Shown here: one piece after another, positions 1 to 5,721 of the stretch
Numbering within the stretch: position 1 is the stretch's first letter
Layout: each line of letters starts with the position of its first letter
Assembly: GCF_001598795.1 (NCBI RefSeq)
Contig: NZ_BCZP01000054.1
Location: 1-7,530, forward strand
Reading direction: 5' to 3'
DNA from: Delftia acidovorans NBRC 14950
GTDB lineage: Bacteria; Pseudomonadota; Gammaproteobacteria; Burkholderiales; Burkholderiaceae_C
Length of the DNA stretch: 7,530 nt
Made by a program: the position numbers and the translations under genes
Notes under the pieces: generated by a model
Database searches by the model: none
What the model was told of the DNA's origin: nothing
Seen by the model: the letters and a program-made list of their open reading frames with translations, nothing else

Positions 1-504
1 GTGCTGGATCACCGTGGCCAGCAGGTCCGCGCGCACCAGCTCGGCGAAGTCGCCATACAGCCAGGTCTTGGCCTCCTCGGTCGTGAACTCGTCCACCACC
101 TGCAGGGTGACCGTTGGCTTGACCGGGCGCACCACGCCCAGCAGCCGGTCGTTGCCGCGCACGTCCAGCGCACGCGGCGCCGCGCTGCCGTCGTTGGTGG
201 TCTGGTAGGTGCGCTCGGTGGCCTCGTCGTTGATCTGGCCCTTGACGAGGGACAGTTCCTGCGCCCAGGAGCGGATGGGCGCGGCCGGGTTCTGCACCAC
301 GGCTCCGCTGGCATCTCGCGCGAAGCGGTGCAGCGTGCGGGTGCCGGCCAGGCATGCCGAGTGGTGCCGGTCGGTGGCCAGCGGCCAGAACTCGGAGCTT
401 GGCAGGAAGAGATTGAAGTGCTCCCGGGCGAAGTTCGCGCCCAGCGCGCGATCAGACATGCTGGGCGCCTCGCCCGGGAATGCGGACAGCTTGTAGGTGG
501 TCAT
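1..504 (-). CDS. Hypothetical phage protein, N-terminal 168 codons only (ORF runs off the left edge; absent from the supplied ORF track)
   Basis: Hand translation of the reverse strand from ATG (504-502) gives 168 sense codons with no stop down to position 1: MTTYKLSAFPGEAPSMSDRALGANFAREHFNLFLPSSEFWPLATDRHHSACLAGTRTLHRFARDASGAVVQNPAAPIRSWAQELSLVKGQINDEATERTYQTTNDGSAAPRALDVRGNDRLLGVVRPVKPTVTLQVVDEFTTEEAKTWLYGDFAELVRADLLATVIQH. Composition is balanced and codons are mostly G/C-ending, like the neighbouring genes. The competing ORFs (+ 1..924, - 9..314) are Arg/Ala/Gly/Pro-rich. The SD is weak (AGGG about 9 nt upstream), so the start is uncertain; an alternative ATG is at 459. No function recognised. 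Confidence 0.6.
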   Translation of the reverse strand, partial: MTTYKLSAFPGEAPSMSDRALGANFAREHFNLFLPSSEFWPLATDRHHSACLAGTRTLHRFARDASGAVVQNPAAPIRSWAQELSLVKGQINDEATERTYQTTNDGSAAPRALDVRGNDRLLGVVRPVKPTVTLQVVDEFTTEEAKTWLYGDFAELVRADLLATVIQH

Positions 505-537
505 GCCCGCTACCCTGGCAGGCTTGGCACCGGCGCC

Positions 538-876
538 CTAAACGGCCAGGGCCGGCACCTGGCCCGCCAGGATCTGCGCCGCGCGCTCCTCGCTGTCCAG
601 CAGGCCGTAAGCGCCCATCATGTTGATGAAGGTGACGGTGCGGGTGTCGCTCAAATCCACGCTGGTGCTGTCGCGGTAGGTGGCAATCCCCGTGCGCACG
701 TCAGCGCGCTGGTCGATGGAAAGATCCTTGATCTTGGGATTGAAGGTCGCGAACTCCTGCACGTCGAAGTTGTCCAGGATGCGCTGCTCGCTCAAGGTCA
801 GCAAGGTGCGAAACTGACCTGGCGTCAGTTCCGGTTGTGGATGCGGGACGTTGAAAAAATCAGACTGATTCATCAT
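538..876 (-). CDS. Hypothetical 112-aa protein downstream of the receptor-binding gene (possible fibre assembly/accessory factor; function unknown)
   Basis: ORF track 538..876. The start ATGATG (876/873) overlaps the TGA stop (875-873) of the upstream gene, an ATGA-type coupling. SD GAGGG lies 5-8 nt upstream (rc of 881-885). No transmembrane segment is obvious. The first ~25 codons use A/T-ending codons like the upstream low-GC gene; the rest use G/C-ending codons. Confidence 0.8.
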   Translation of the reverse strand: MMNQSDFFNVPHPQPELTPGQFRTLLTLSEQRILDNFDVQEFATFNPKIKDLSIDQRADVRTGIATYRDSTSVDLSDTRTVTFINMMGAYGLLDSEERAAQILAGQVPALAV

Positions 877-2355
877 GCCACCCTCAAAAACATGGAGGTA
901 TCGGTTGAAGGCTTGTTTGGGTAGGGCAGCCCGACATAAGAGACAGCACGAAAAACGTCCCGCGAACCGCCATGCGAATAAACAATAACCAAATCTCTAT
1001 TCACTTTGACTCCCGCTCCCAGATATGATGTTCCAGGCGAAAATGCGGCAACTTCAATTTTCCCGCCCATAGGACGTTGCGTAAAATAACAATTGGAGGC
1101 AACTCCAGCGCCCGATTTTCCGTAGGCATCAAGGCAATAATTTCGGTTGGGTTTCAGCATTGCGCCCCAACTACCCCAAGAAACGACTTCGCCCACGGGG
1201 CCAGTAGGATAGTAGCCCTCCCCTGGGGTGCTCGATGTTGCTGGGATCCATGAAGTAACCAGCTTCATATCGGCATCATACAGGCGAACGTCCATGCTGT
1301 AGGAATAAGTCCCACCAACATAATAAACGTTATTACCATAGACCAACCACAATTGCTGCTGTTCATCCCATGCCATGGTCATTGCCGGATGCACACAAAT
1401 CACGTAAGGCTGCGAAAATGCACCCAGATTTGTATCAAACTGATAGACGTAGGTGTAGGTGGTGTTTCCATTTGCATAGGAGCCTACGCCAGCCATGTTA
1501 AAAACAACAAAAAGACTTCTACCATTTCCGGCAACTCCACACAGCGAATAGCTCGCGCTATTGGCACCGGTTGCCGGCAAGCTGACAGCAGTCAGTGTGG
1601 TTCCTGTAGAACTGAGGCGGTAAAGATGGTTATTATTGGCTGCTGCCATATTAAGCGACAGGTTCAAACGTGAAACCCAGAATTCTCCATTGACATAGTC
1701 GAGTCTGCAGGAATACGTCGTACCGCCCGGGAGGGCCGCTTGTGCGGGAGTGAGTGTTCCAGCCCATGATGTAAAATTGTCCGTGGAACGGATAATTGTC
1801 CCATCTCGCGCCATTGCAAGCCATACACCATTGCCATCTGTAGCAACAGACCAAGAATATCCGGAAGCACTGGCAAGCTTTCCGCGCGAGATCCAGTTGT
1901 CTCCCGCATCTGTGGAAACAAATACGGTACTGTCGTAAGCCACTGCAACCACCGTATTTTTCCCGTCGGTTGCCATGTCACTTATGGGAGCGTTCGGGGG
2001 CTGGCTGGATTTTGCCGCCATATGCCCGACAGGTTTAAGGTAGTCCGGAATTTTGGGAAATATCGCAGACCTAGCTAGCGTCCCAGCGCGCAAATAAGTT
2101 TTGCCCTGTGCCCTTTGTATCCCATAGGGATCTGACACGTCGGGTAAAAGGTTGACGCTGCCAATGGGTGGCAGGCTATTGACTCCCAGCAAATCGCTCA
2201 AACTCTGATTCATTATTCCATCTCCCATCGGCCAATCTGCACACAACGAAAACTCAACTCACCGGGCAAATTAAAATCGGCATCCAGGCCGACATTCATC
2301 CCCATCAGCAAATCGGCGCCTTGCGGATTGATCGTCAATGTGTTGGTTCCAAAAC
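800..2355. other. Compositionally atypical (low-GC, A/T-ending codon) block, interpreted as a horizontally exchanged receptor-binding cassette; boundaries approximate
   Basis: Hand counts give 24/60 G+C for 1321-1380 and 29/60 for 1441-1500, versus 47/60 for 4021-4080. Codon third positions switch near 2355-2360, inside the 3' end of the fibre gene. They switch back near ~800, inside the 5' end of the 112-aa gene. Confidence 0.7.
873..2213 (-). CDS. BNR/Asp-box repeat beta-propeller protein, 446 aa; probable distal tail-fibre/receptor-binding (possibly glycan-binding or glycan-degrading) protein
   Basis: ORF track 873..2246. I place the start at ATG 2213-2211 (MNQSLSDLLG...), because GGGAG (rc of 2222-2226) sits 8 nt upstream and the ATG overlaps the fibre TAA stop (TAATG). 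A canonical Asp-box S-x-D-x-G-x-x-W is present: STDAGDNW, codons 1916-1893, checked base by base. A degenerate second copy is STDNFTSW (1787-1764). Propeller-blade-like strings surround them (MATDGKNTVVAVAYDSTVFVSTDAGDNW; VATDGNGVWLAMARDGTIIRSTDNFTSW). The protein is rich in Ser/Thr/Asn/Tyr/Gly. GC is about 40-48% in hand-counted lines, against >70% in the flanks. Its position directly after the tail fibre supports a receptor-binding role. No sialidase FRIP/RIP motif was seen, so catalysis is not claimed. Confidence 0.85.
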   Translation of the reverse strand: MNQSLSDLLGVNSLPPIGSVNLLPDVSDPYGIQRAQGKTYLRAGTLARSAIFPKIPDYLKPVGHMAAKSSQPPNAPISDMATDGKNTVVAVAYDSTVFVSTDAGDNWISRGKLASASGYSWSVATDGNGVWLAMARDGTIIRSTDNFTSWAGTLTPAQAALPGGTTYSCRLDYVNGEFWVSRLNLSLNMAAANNNHLYRLSSTGTTLTAVSLPATGANSASYSLCGVAGNGRSLFVVFNMAGVGSYANGNTTYTYVYQFDTNLGAFSQPYVICVHPAMTMAWDEQQQLWLVYGNNVYYVGGTYSYSMDVRLYDADMKLVTSWIPATSSTPGEGYYPTGPVGEVVSWGSWGAMLKPNRNYCLDAYGKSGAGVASNCYFTQRPMGGKIEVAAFSPGTSYLGAGVKVNRDLVIVYSHGGSRDVFRAVSYVGLPYPNKPSTDTSMFLRVA

Positions 2356-3550
2356 TCTTGCCGTGGTCCCGCACCCCGAAACGCAGGTCCACGGCCGAGG
2401 CCGCAGGCGCAAGCAGCGTCACCGGGCCTGCCGCCGTGTTGACGCGCGTGACCTGGCCCACAGGCAAGGTCGCGCCGTTGTTCGCGGACGTGAGCACGGC
2501 GGTATTCGAGGACAGGCCCGCGCCATCGGCAGCCGGCCCCAGGCGCCGCCACTTGCCACCGCTGCCGTCCTCGAACCAGGCGTACTCGATCCAGGCGCGG
2601 CTGTCCGAGGTGTTGACCCAGGTGTCACCCGGCGAACCACCGGCCGGCTCCGCGCTGGAGAAGGTCCGCAGCTTGAGCCGGCCATCGAGCGCGCCCTGCA
2701 GGCCCGCCACCGTGCTGATGGCCTGCGTGCCTGTGTGCGTGCTGCGGTCGCGTAGCTGGGCGTCCGTGGCGTTCTTGGTGGCCTGCGCGGCCACGCCTTC
2801 CAGCTTGGCTTTCTCTGCGCTGGTGAAGTCCTCAGTGGACAGGCCCTTGCCCGCCACCTTGTCCACCTTGTTGGCCAGGGCCGCCTGCTGCGCGGTACTC
2901 ACGGGCTTGTCCGCGTCGGCCGTGTTGTCCACGTTGGGCAGGCCCACCATGGCCTTGCTGATGCCCGACACTGTGCCCGTGAACGTGGGGTTCTCCTTGG
3001 GCGCACGCGCATCGAGGGCGGCCTGCAGGCCCGTGATGGTGCTGATCGCCTGGGCGCCGGTATGCGTGGTCCGGTCGCGCAGCTGCGCGTCCGTGGCGTT
3101 CTTGGTGGCCTGGGCGGCGATGCCCTCCAGCTTGGCCTTCTCGGCGTTGGTGAAGTCATTGGCGCTCAGGCCCTTGCCGTCTTCCCGGTCCACCTTCACG
3201 CCCATGCCGCCTGCGGTCAGGCGCAGCTCCAGCAGGTCGCCAGCCACGTAGGAGCGCGGCGCCGTGCCTTCCTGGCCACGCAAGACCGTGAGCCGGCATT
3301 CACCGATGACCGAGTTGTCCACGGCCGTGATGTGCAGGACCTCGTAGTCCGACTCCAGCGAACCGCTGCGCTTGTAGGCTGTCAGCACATACCAGGAGCC
3401 CGGCTCGGGGTTGCGCAGCAGGCCGGCCGCGCCATCGGACACGCGCAGCACGCCATAGTCCAGCTCGGTGGCCGGGGCGCCTGTCTGCGGCGCCGCGCGC
3501 ACGTCAGCAATGAACTGCGTCTGGAAGTTGTTGAGGAACAGCTGCGGCAT
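2213..3550 (-). CDS. Phage tail fibre protein, 445 aa
   Basis: ORF track 2213..3550. The N-terminus MPQLFLNNFQTQFIA...VLRGQEGTAPRSY matches my recollection of the conserved tail-fibre N-terminal (RGQEGT-containing) attachment domain. The central part carries repeated fibre-type motifs (GKGLSxxDFTxAEKAKLEG, THTGxQAISTxxGLQxALD, NPTFTGTVSG). SD AAGGA lies about 10 nt upstream of the ATG. There is a 2-nt gap to the upstream gene stop, and the stop TAA overlaps the next ATG. Confidence 0.9.
   Translation of the reverse strand: MPQLFLNNFQTQFIADVRAAPQTGAPATELDYGVLRVSDGAAGLLRNPEPGSWYVLTAYKRSGSLESDYEVLHITAVDNSVIGECRLTVLRGQEGTAPRSYVAGDLLELRLTAGGMGVKVDREDGKGLSANDFTNAEKAKLEGIAAQATKNATDAQLRDRTTHTGAQAISTITGLQAALDARAPKENPTFTGTVSGISKAMVGLPNVDNTADADKPVSTAQQAALANKVDKVAGKGLSTEDFTSAEKAKLEGVAAQATKNATDAQLRDRSTHTGTQAISTVAGLQGALDGRLKLRTFSSAEPAGGSPGDTWVNTSDSRAWIEYAWFEDGSGGKWRRLGPAADGAGLSSNTAVLTSANNGATLPVGQVTRVNTAAGPVTLLAPAASAVDLRFGVRDHGKSFGTNTLTINPQGADLLMGMNVGLDADFNLPGELSFRCVQIGRWEME
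2684..2851 (-). repeat. Copy 2 of the in-frame 168-nt (56-codon) direct repeat inside the tail fibre gene (aa 234-289)
   Basis: Hand alignment against 3011-3178 gives about 28 mismatches in 168 nt (~83% identity) with no indels. The longest identical run is 26 nt (gcgtccgtggcgttcttggtggcctg). Protein copy: GKGLSTEDFTSAEKAKLEGVAAQATKNATDAQLRDRSTHTGTQAISTVAGLQGALD. Confidence 0.9.
3011..3178 (-). repeat. Copy 1 of the in-frame 168-nt direct repeat inside the tail fibre gene (aa 125-180)
   Basis: Protein copy: GKGLSANDFTNAEKAKLEGIAAQATKNATDAQLRDRTTHTGAQAISTITGLQAALD. It is offset from copy 2 by 327 nt (109 codons), so the duplicated unit plus spacer stays in frame. Confidence 0.9.
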
Positions 3551-3552
3551 TT

Positions 3553-4599
3553 CTATTTTTCCTTGATGGGCACGATCAGCTCCACCTCCTTGGTGCGGCC
3601 GTCGTTGGTCGTGGCGGCCACGCTGATCTGGTACTTCTGGCCATCGGCGCCGCCCGCGTAGACCCAGACCTTCACGCGCTGGCCCACGAAGGCATAGGAC
3701 GGCGGCATGGTCATGGCCGGACGCACTTTGAGCTCGACGGAAACAATCTCGTCGCCTGGCGGAAACCAGTCGGCGAACTCGATGTCGTAGTCCTGCGTGT
3801 CTGCAGGCTGCATGGGGGATGCACGGAACATGCTCTGCCCTTGGTCGGTAACGTAGAAGGTGGTCATTCCTGCGGGCACGAGGAAGGTTCGGGATTCGGG
3901 CGCTGCCTCATCGAAGGGCAGGCGCCTGTGCACGGCCGGGTCGATGTCGATGAAGGCCACGCCCTGGGCCGCGAGCGGCGCGCGCACCAGGCGGTGCGGA
4001 TCGACGGCGCCGCGCGCCAGGCCCTGGGCCAGCACGGCCAGCCGCGCCTCGACGCGGCCCTGGGTCACGACGAAGGCCTGGCCCTTGCCGTCCACGGGCG
4101 AGCGCAGCCAGCGGCGCACGTAGATCTGCCCATCCGCCTTGCCGCGCGCCGCCGGCGCCGACTGGACAGGGCCGCGACGCAGCAGGTGCGTCTTGGGTGC
4201 GAACTGTGCCTGTGTGACGGCCGCCACGGGACTGCGTGCCAGCACAAGGGCGTTGACAGTAGCCCGGGCCGTGGCCTTGGCCACCACGCGCCCGTAGACC
4301 GGCGGCAGCGTGACCTTGAGGACCGCGCGGCCGGTGGCGGCCAGCAGGCTGCGGACGTGAATCCGGCTCAGCACGCCCTCCACAGCCGCCCGCGCCACGG
4401 AGTCCGCCGAGAGCTTGGCGTGCACACGGCCCAGCGGGCCTGTCAGCGCAGCAGCGGGGGCCGAGTTCACCACGGCATAGGCGAGCACGCGCCCGCCCAC
4501 GCGGACGCGGGCATATCCCTTGGCGTCCACGCGGATGCGCACCACGGGATCGGCTGACCGGCCGTTGAGCGCGAACCCGTTGAGAGGGCCCCGGTTCAT
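3553..4599 (-). CDS. Phage tail-associated protein, 348 aa: N-terminal degenerate Arg/Ala/Val-rich repeats plus a C-terminal fibre-tail-adaptor-like domain
   Basis: ORF track 3553..4599. The ATG lies 3 nt after the upstream TAA (coupling, no strong SD). The C-terminal ~90 aa (MQPADTQDYDIEFADWFPPGDEIVSVELKV...VKVWVYAGGADGQKYQISVAATTNDGRTKEVELIVPIKE) fits my remembered pattern for small phage fibre-tail adaptor proteins (P-x-D-x-x-DY-x-x-DW...GD-x-I...GG-x-x-G-x-x-Y...T-x-x-GR...). The N-terminus starts LNGFALNG. It is followed by about ten loose ~18-21-aa units, for example GRVLAYAVVNSAPAAALTG, LGRVHAKLSADSVARAAVEG, LSRIHVRSLLAATGRAVLK, YGRVVAKATARATVNA and QGRVEARLAVLAQGLARGAV. Confidence 0.85.
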   Translation of the reverse strand: MNRGPLNGFALNGRSADPVVRIRVDAKGYARVRVGGRVLAYAVVNSAPAAALTGPLGRVHAKLSADSVARAAVEGVLSRIHVRSLLAATGRAVLKVTLPPVYGRVVAKATARATVNALVLARSPVAAVTQAQFAPKTHLLRRGPVQSAPAARGKADGQIYVRRWLRSPVDGKGQAFVVTQGRVEARLAVLAQGLARGAVDPHRLVRAPLAAQGVAFIDIDPAVHRRLPFDEAAPESRTFLVPAGMTTFYVTDQGQSMFRASPMQPADTQDYDIEFADWFPPGDEIVSVELKVRPAMTMPPSYAFVGQRVKVWVYAGGADGQKYQISVAATTNDGRTKEVELIVPIKEK

Positions 4600-4602
4600 G
4601 GC

Positions 4603-5019
4603 TTACAGCAGCTGCAGCGTGAAGTCGCCCGTCAGCGCCTGGCTGTCCACCACGAACACGTCGTTGATCTGCAGCGTGCGCGGCGACGGAAGCGGCTCGG
4701 AATACATGAGCGTGGCCGTGCCATCGGTGGCCGAGTCACCTTCCATGATCCCGATGTGCGTGACCGTGACCTGGGCGCCCGTGACGGGCGGAAACTCCGC
4801 ACGCACGGCGTTGTATGTGGCGCCGTTGTTGGGCGCGGCAAAGGCGCCCGTAGCCACGCGCTGGTACCACGGTGCTGCCACCTCGGTGCCGGCGGTGAAG
4901 GCGTCGGTAGGGTCGGCCGTGAACAGGGCGAAGTAGGCGTTGCGGATGGCCGGGAAGGCCTGCTTGCGCAGCGTGGCGCTGATGATCGCGTTGGCGAGGG
5001 ATGTGCTGAAACCAGCCAT
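4603..5019 (-). CDS. Conserved phage virion/tail-associated protein, 138 aa (function not resolved)
   Basis: ORF track 4603..5043. I prefer the start at ATG 5019-5017 (MAGFSTSLANAII...), because AGGAG (rc of 5025-5029) sits 5 nt upstream. The pattern LANAIISATLR...AYFALFTADPTD...GTEV...Y.R resembles a family of small proteins I recall encoded next to tail-fibre genes in phages and prophages. Recollection only, not searched. Confidence 0.8.
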   Translation of the reverse strand: MAGFSTSLANAIISATLRKQAFPAIRNAYFALFTADPTDAFTAGTEVAAPWYQRVATGAFAAPNNGATYNAVRAEFPPVTGAQVTVTHIGIMEGDSATDGTATLMYSEPLPSPRTLQINDVFVVDSQALTGDFTLQLL

Positions 5020-5088
5020 GACGGCTCCTATGGCTTCGAGCACTCCAGCGCCCCGATTGAAGATGCCCGCCAGGATGGCAGGCTTGGT

Positions 5089-5721
5089 TCACTTCTGGGC
5101 CACGGCCGTGGTGGCCGCAGCCTGGGCCTGAATGCCCAGCGCCTCGTTGTAGAGAGCACGGTGCGCCGCCGCGATGGTCGCGTTGCCGCCGAACTCGGCG
5201 TCGATGGACCAAGCACGGAACAGCACGAAGTGCCGCAGCGCGTCCATCCAGCGCTCGGGCACGCTGGGCTTCCCGTTCTCGTCGGCCAGGTCCACGGCCG
5301 CGACACCCACCATGGCGCGCACCTTGGTGCCGGCGGCCACGGGCGGATAGACCAGGAATTCCTGCGGCGTGCCCAGGTCGTGCATGTAGTGCTGCACCTC
5401 TCGGCCCGGCGAGCCTGAGCGCCAGGCGCCGGCCACGGCGTCCAGCACCCACAGGTCAGTCTTGGTGATTCGCCGCTGCGTGGCGTTGGCGTTGTTCGTG
5501 ATGTCGATCAGCGTGAGCACGTCGGCCGGCAGCTCCTGCCGCCACCCGGCGGCCAGCACCAGGTCGCGCGGCTGGGCCATCTGGTCCGGCCGCTGCTCGG
5601 CAAAGGCGCGCTGGGCGGCGTTGAACCAGTCCAGCAGATCCGCACGGGTCCAGCGGATGTGCCCCTTGTCCTGCAGGTCGCGCGCTGCATCGTCCAGCAG
5701 CTGGGCCACGGTCAAAGCCAT
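5089..5721 (-). CDS. Putative phage head-tail adaptor-like virion protein, 210 aa
   Basis: ORF track 5089..5763. I prefer the start at ATG 5721-5719 (MALTVAQLLDDAARDLQDKGHIRWTRADLLDWFNAAQRAF...), with the strong SD GGGGGAGGG (rc of 5726-5734) 4 nt upstream. This start overlaps the upstream gene's end by 10 nt. The N-terminal pattern (LLDDA..L.D....RW....LL.W.N.AQR) resembles proteins I recall being annotated as phage adaptor proteins. Unverified. Confidence 0.75.
   Translation of the reverse strand: MALTVAQLLDDAARDLQDKGHIRWTRADLLDWFNAAQRAFAEQRPDQMAQPRDLVLAAGWRQELPADVLTLIDITNNANATQRRITKTDLWVLDAVAGAWRSGSPGREVQHYMHDLGTPQEFLVYPPVAAGTKVRAMVGVAAVDLADENGKPSVPERWMDALRHFVLFRAWSIDAEFGGNATIAAAHRALYNEALGIQAQAAATTAVAQK

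Noticed and set aside
502-540. The 112-aa gene and the next ORF are in the same frame, separated only by TAG (538-540) plus 11 sense codons; considered as stop-codon read-through or a split gene
   Set aside because: Sharing a frame has a 1-in-3 chance expectation. No read-through context or slippery signal is evident, and the downstream ORF has its own ATG. A sequencing error or pseudogene split cannot be excluded, but nothing supports it.
1353-1981. Small ORFs inside the low-GC propeller gene (1353..1673 +, 1750..1938 +, 1651..1854 -, 1664..1981 -)
   Set aside because: They are short and nested in a 446-aa ORF that has recognisable Asp-box motifs. Their translations have no motif content or start signals, and such ORFs are expected by chance in about 45% GC DNA.
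873-2213. Calling the propeller protein a sialidase/neuraminidase, or an independent moron or defence gene
   Set aside because: No FRIP/RIP motif or other catalytic signature is visible by eye, so the enzyme class is not supported. The gene is translationally coupled at both ends and has no promoter or terminator of its own. This argues for an integral structural gene rather than a moron or defence cassette.
2684-3178. Diversity-generating retroelement (template/variable repeat pair) in the tail fibre
   Set aside because: The ~28 mismatches between the copies are spread over all base types (C/G, C/T, G/A and others), not confined to adenines of one copy. Both copies are in-frame coding segments in the middle of the gene, not at its 3' end. 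No reverse transcriptase or accessory gene is present in the window.
5065-5083. Hairpin GCCUGCC-AUCCU-GGCGGGC (minus strand) 6 nt after the stop of the 210-aa gene, considered as a terminator
   Set aside because: The stem is only 7 bp with a G.U pair, and it is followed by AUCUUCAAUC rather than a U tract. It may be a weak structural element, but I cannot support calling it a terminator.
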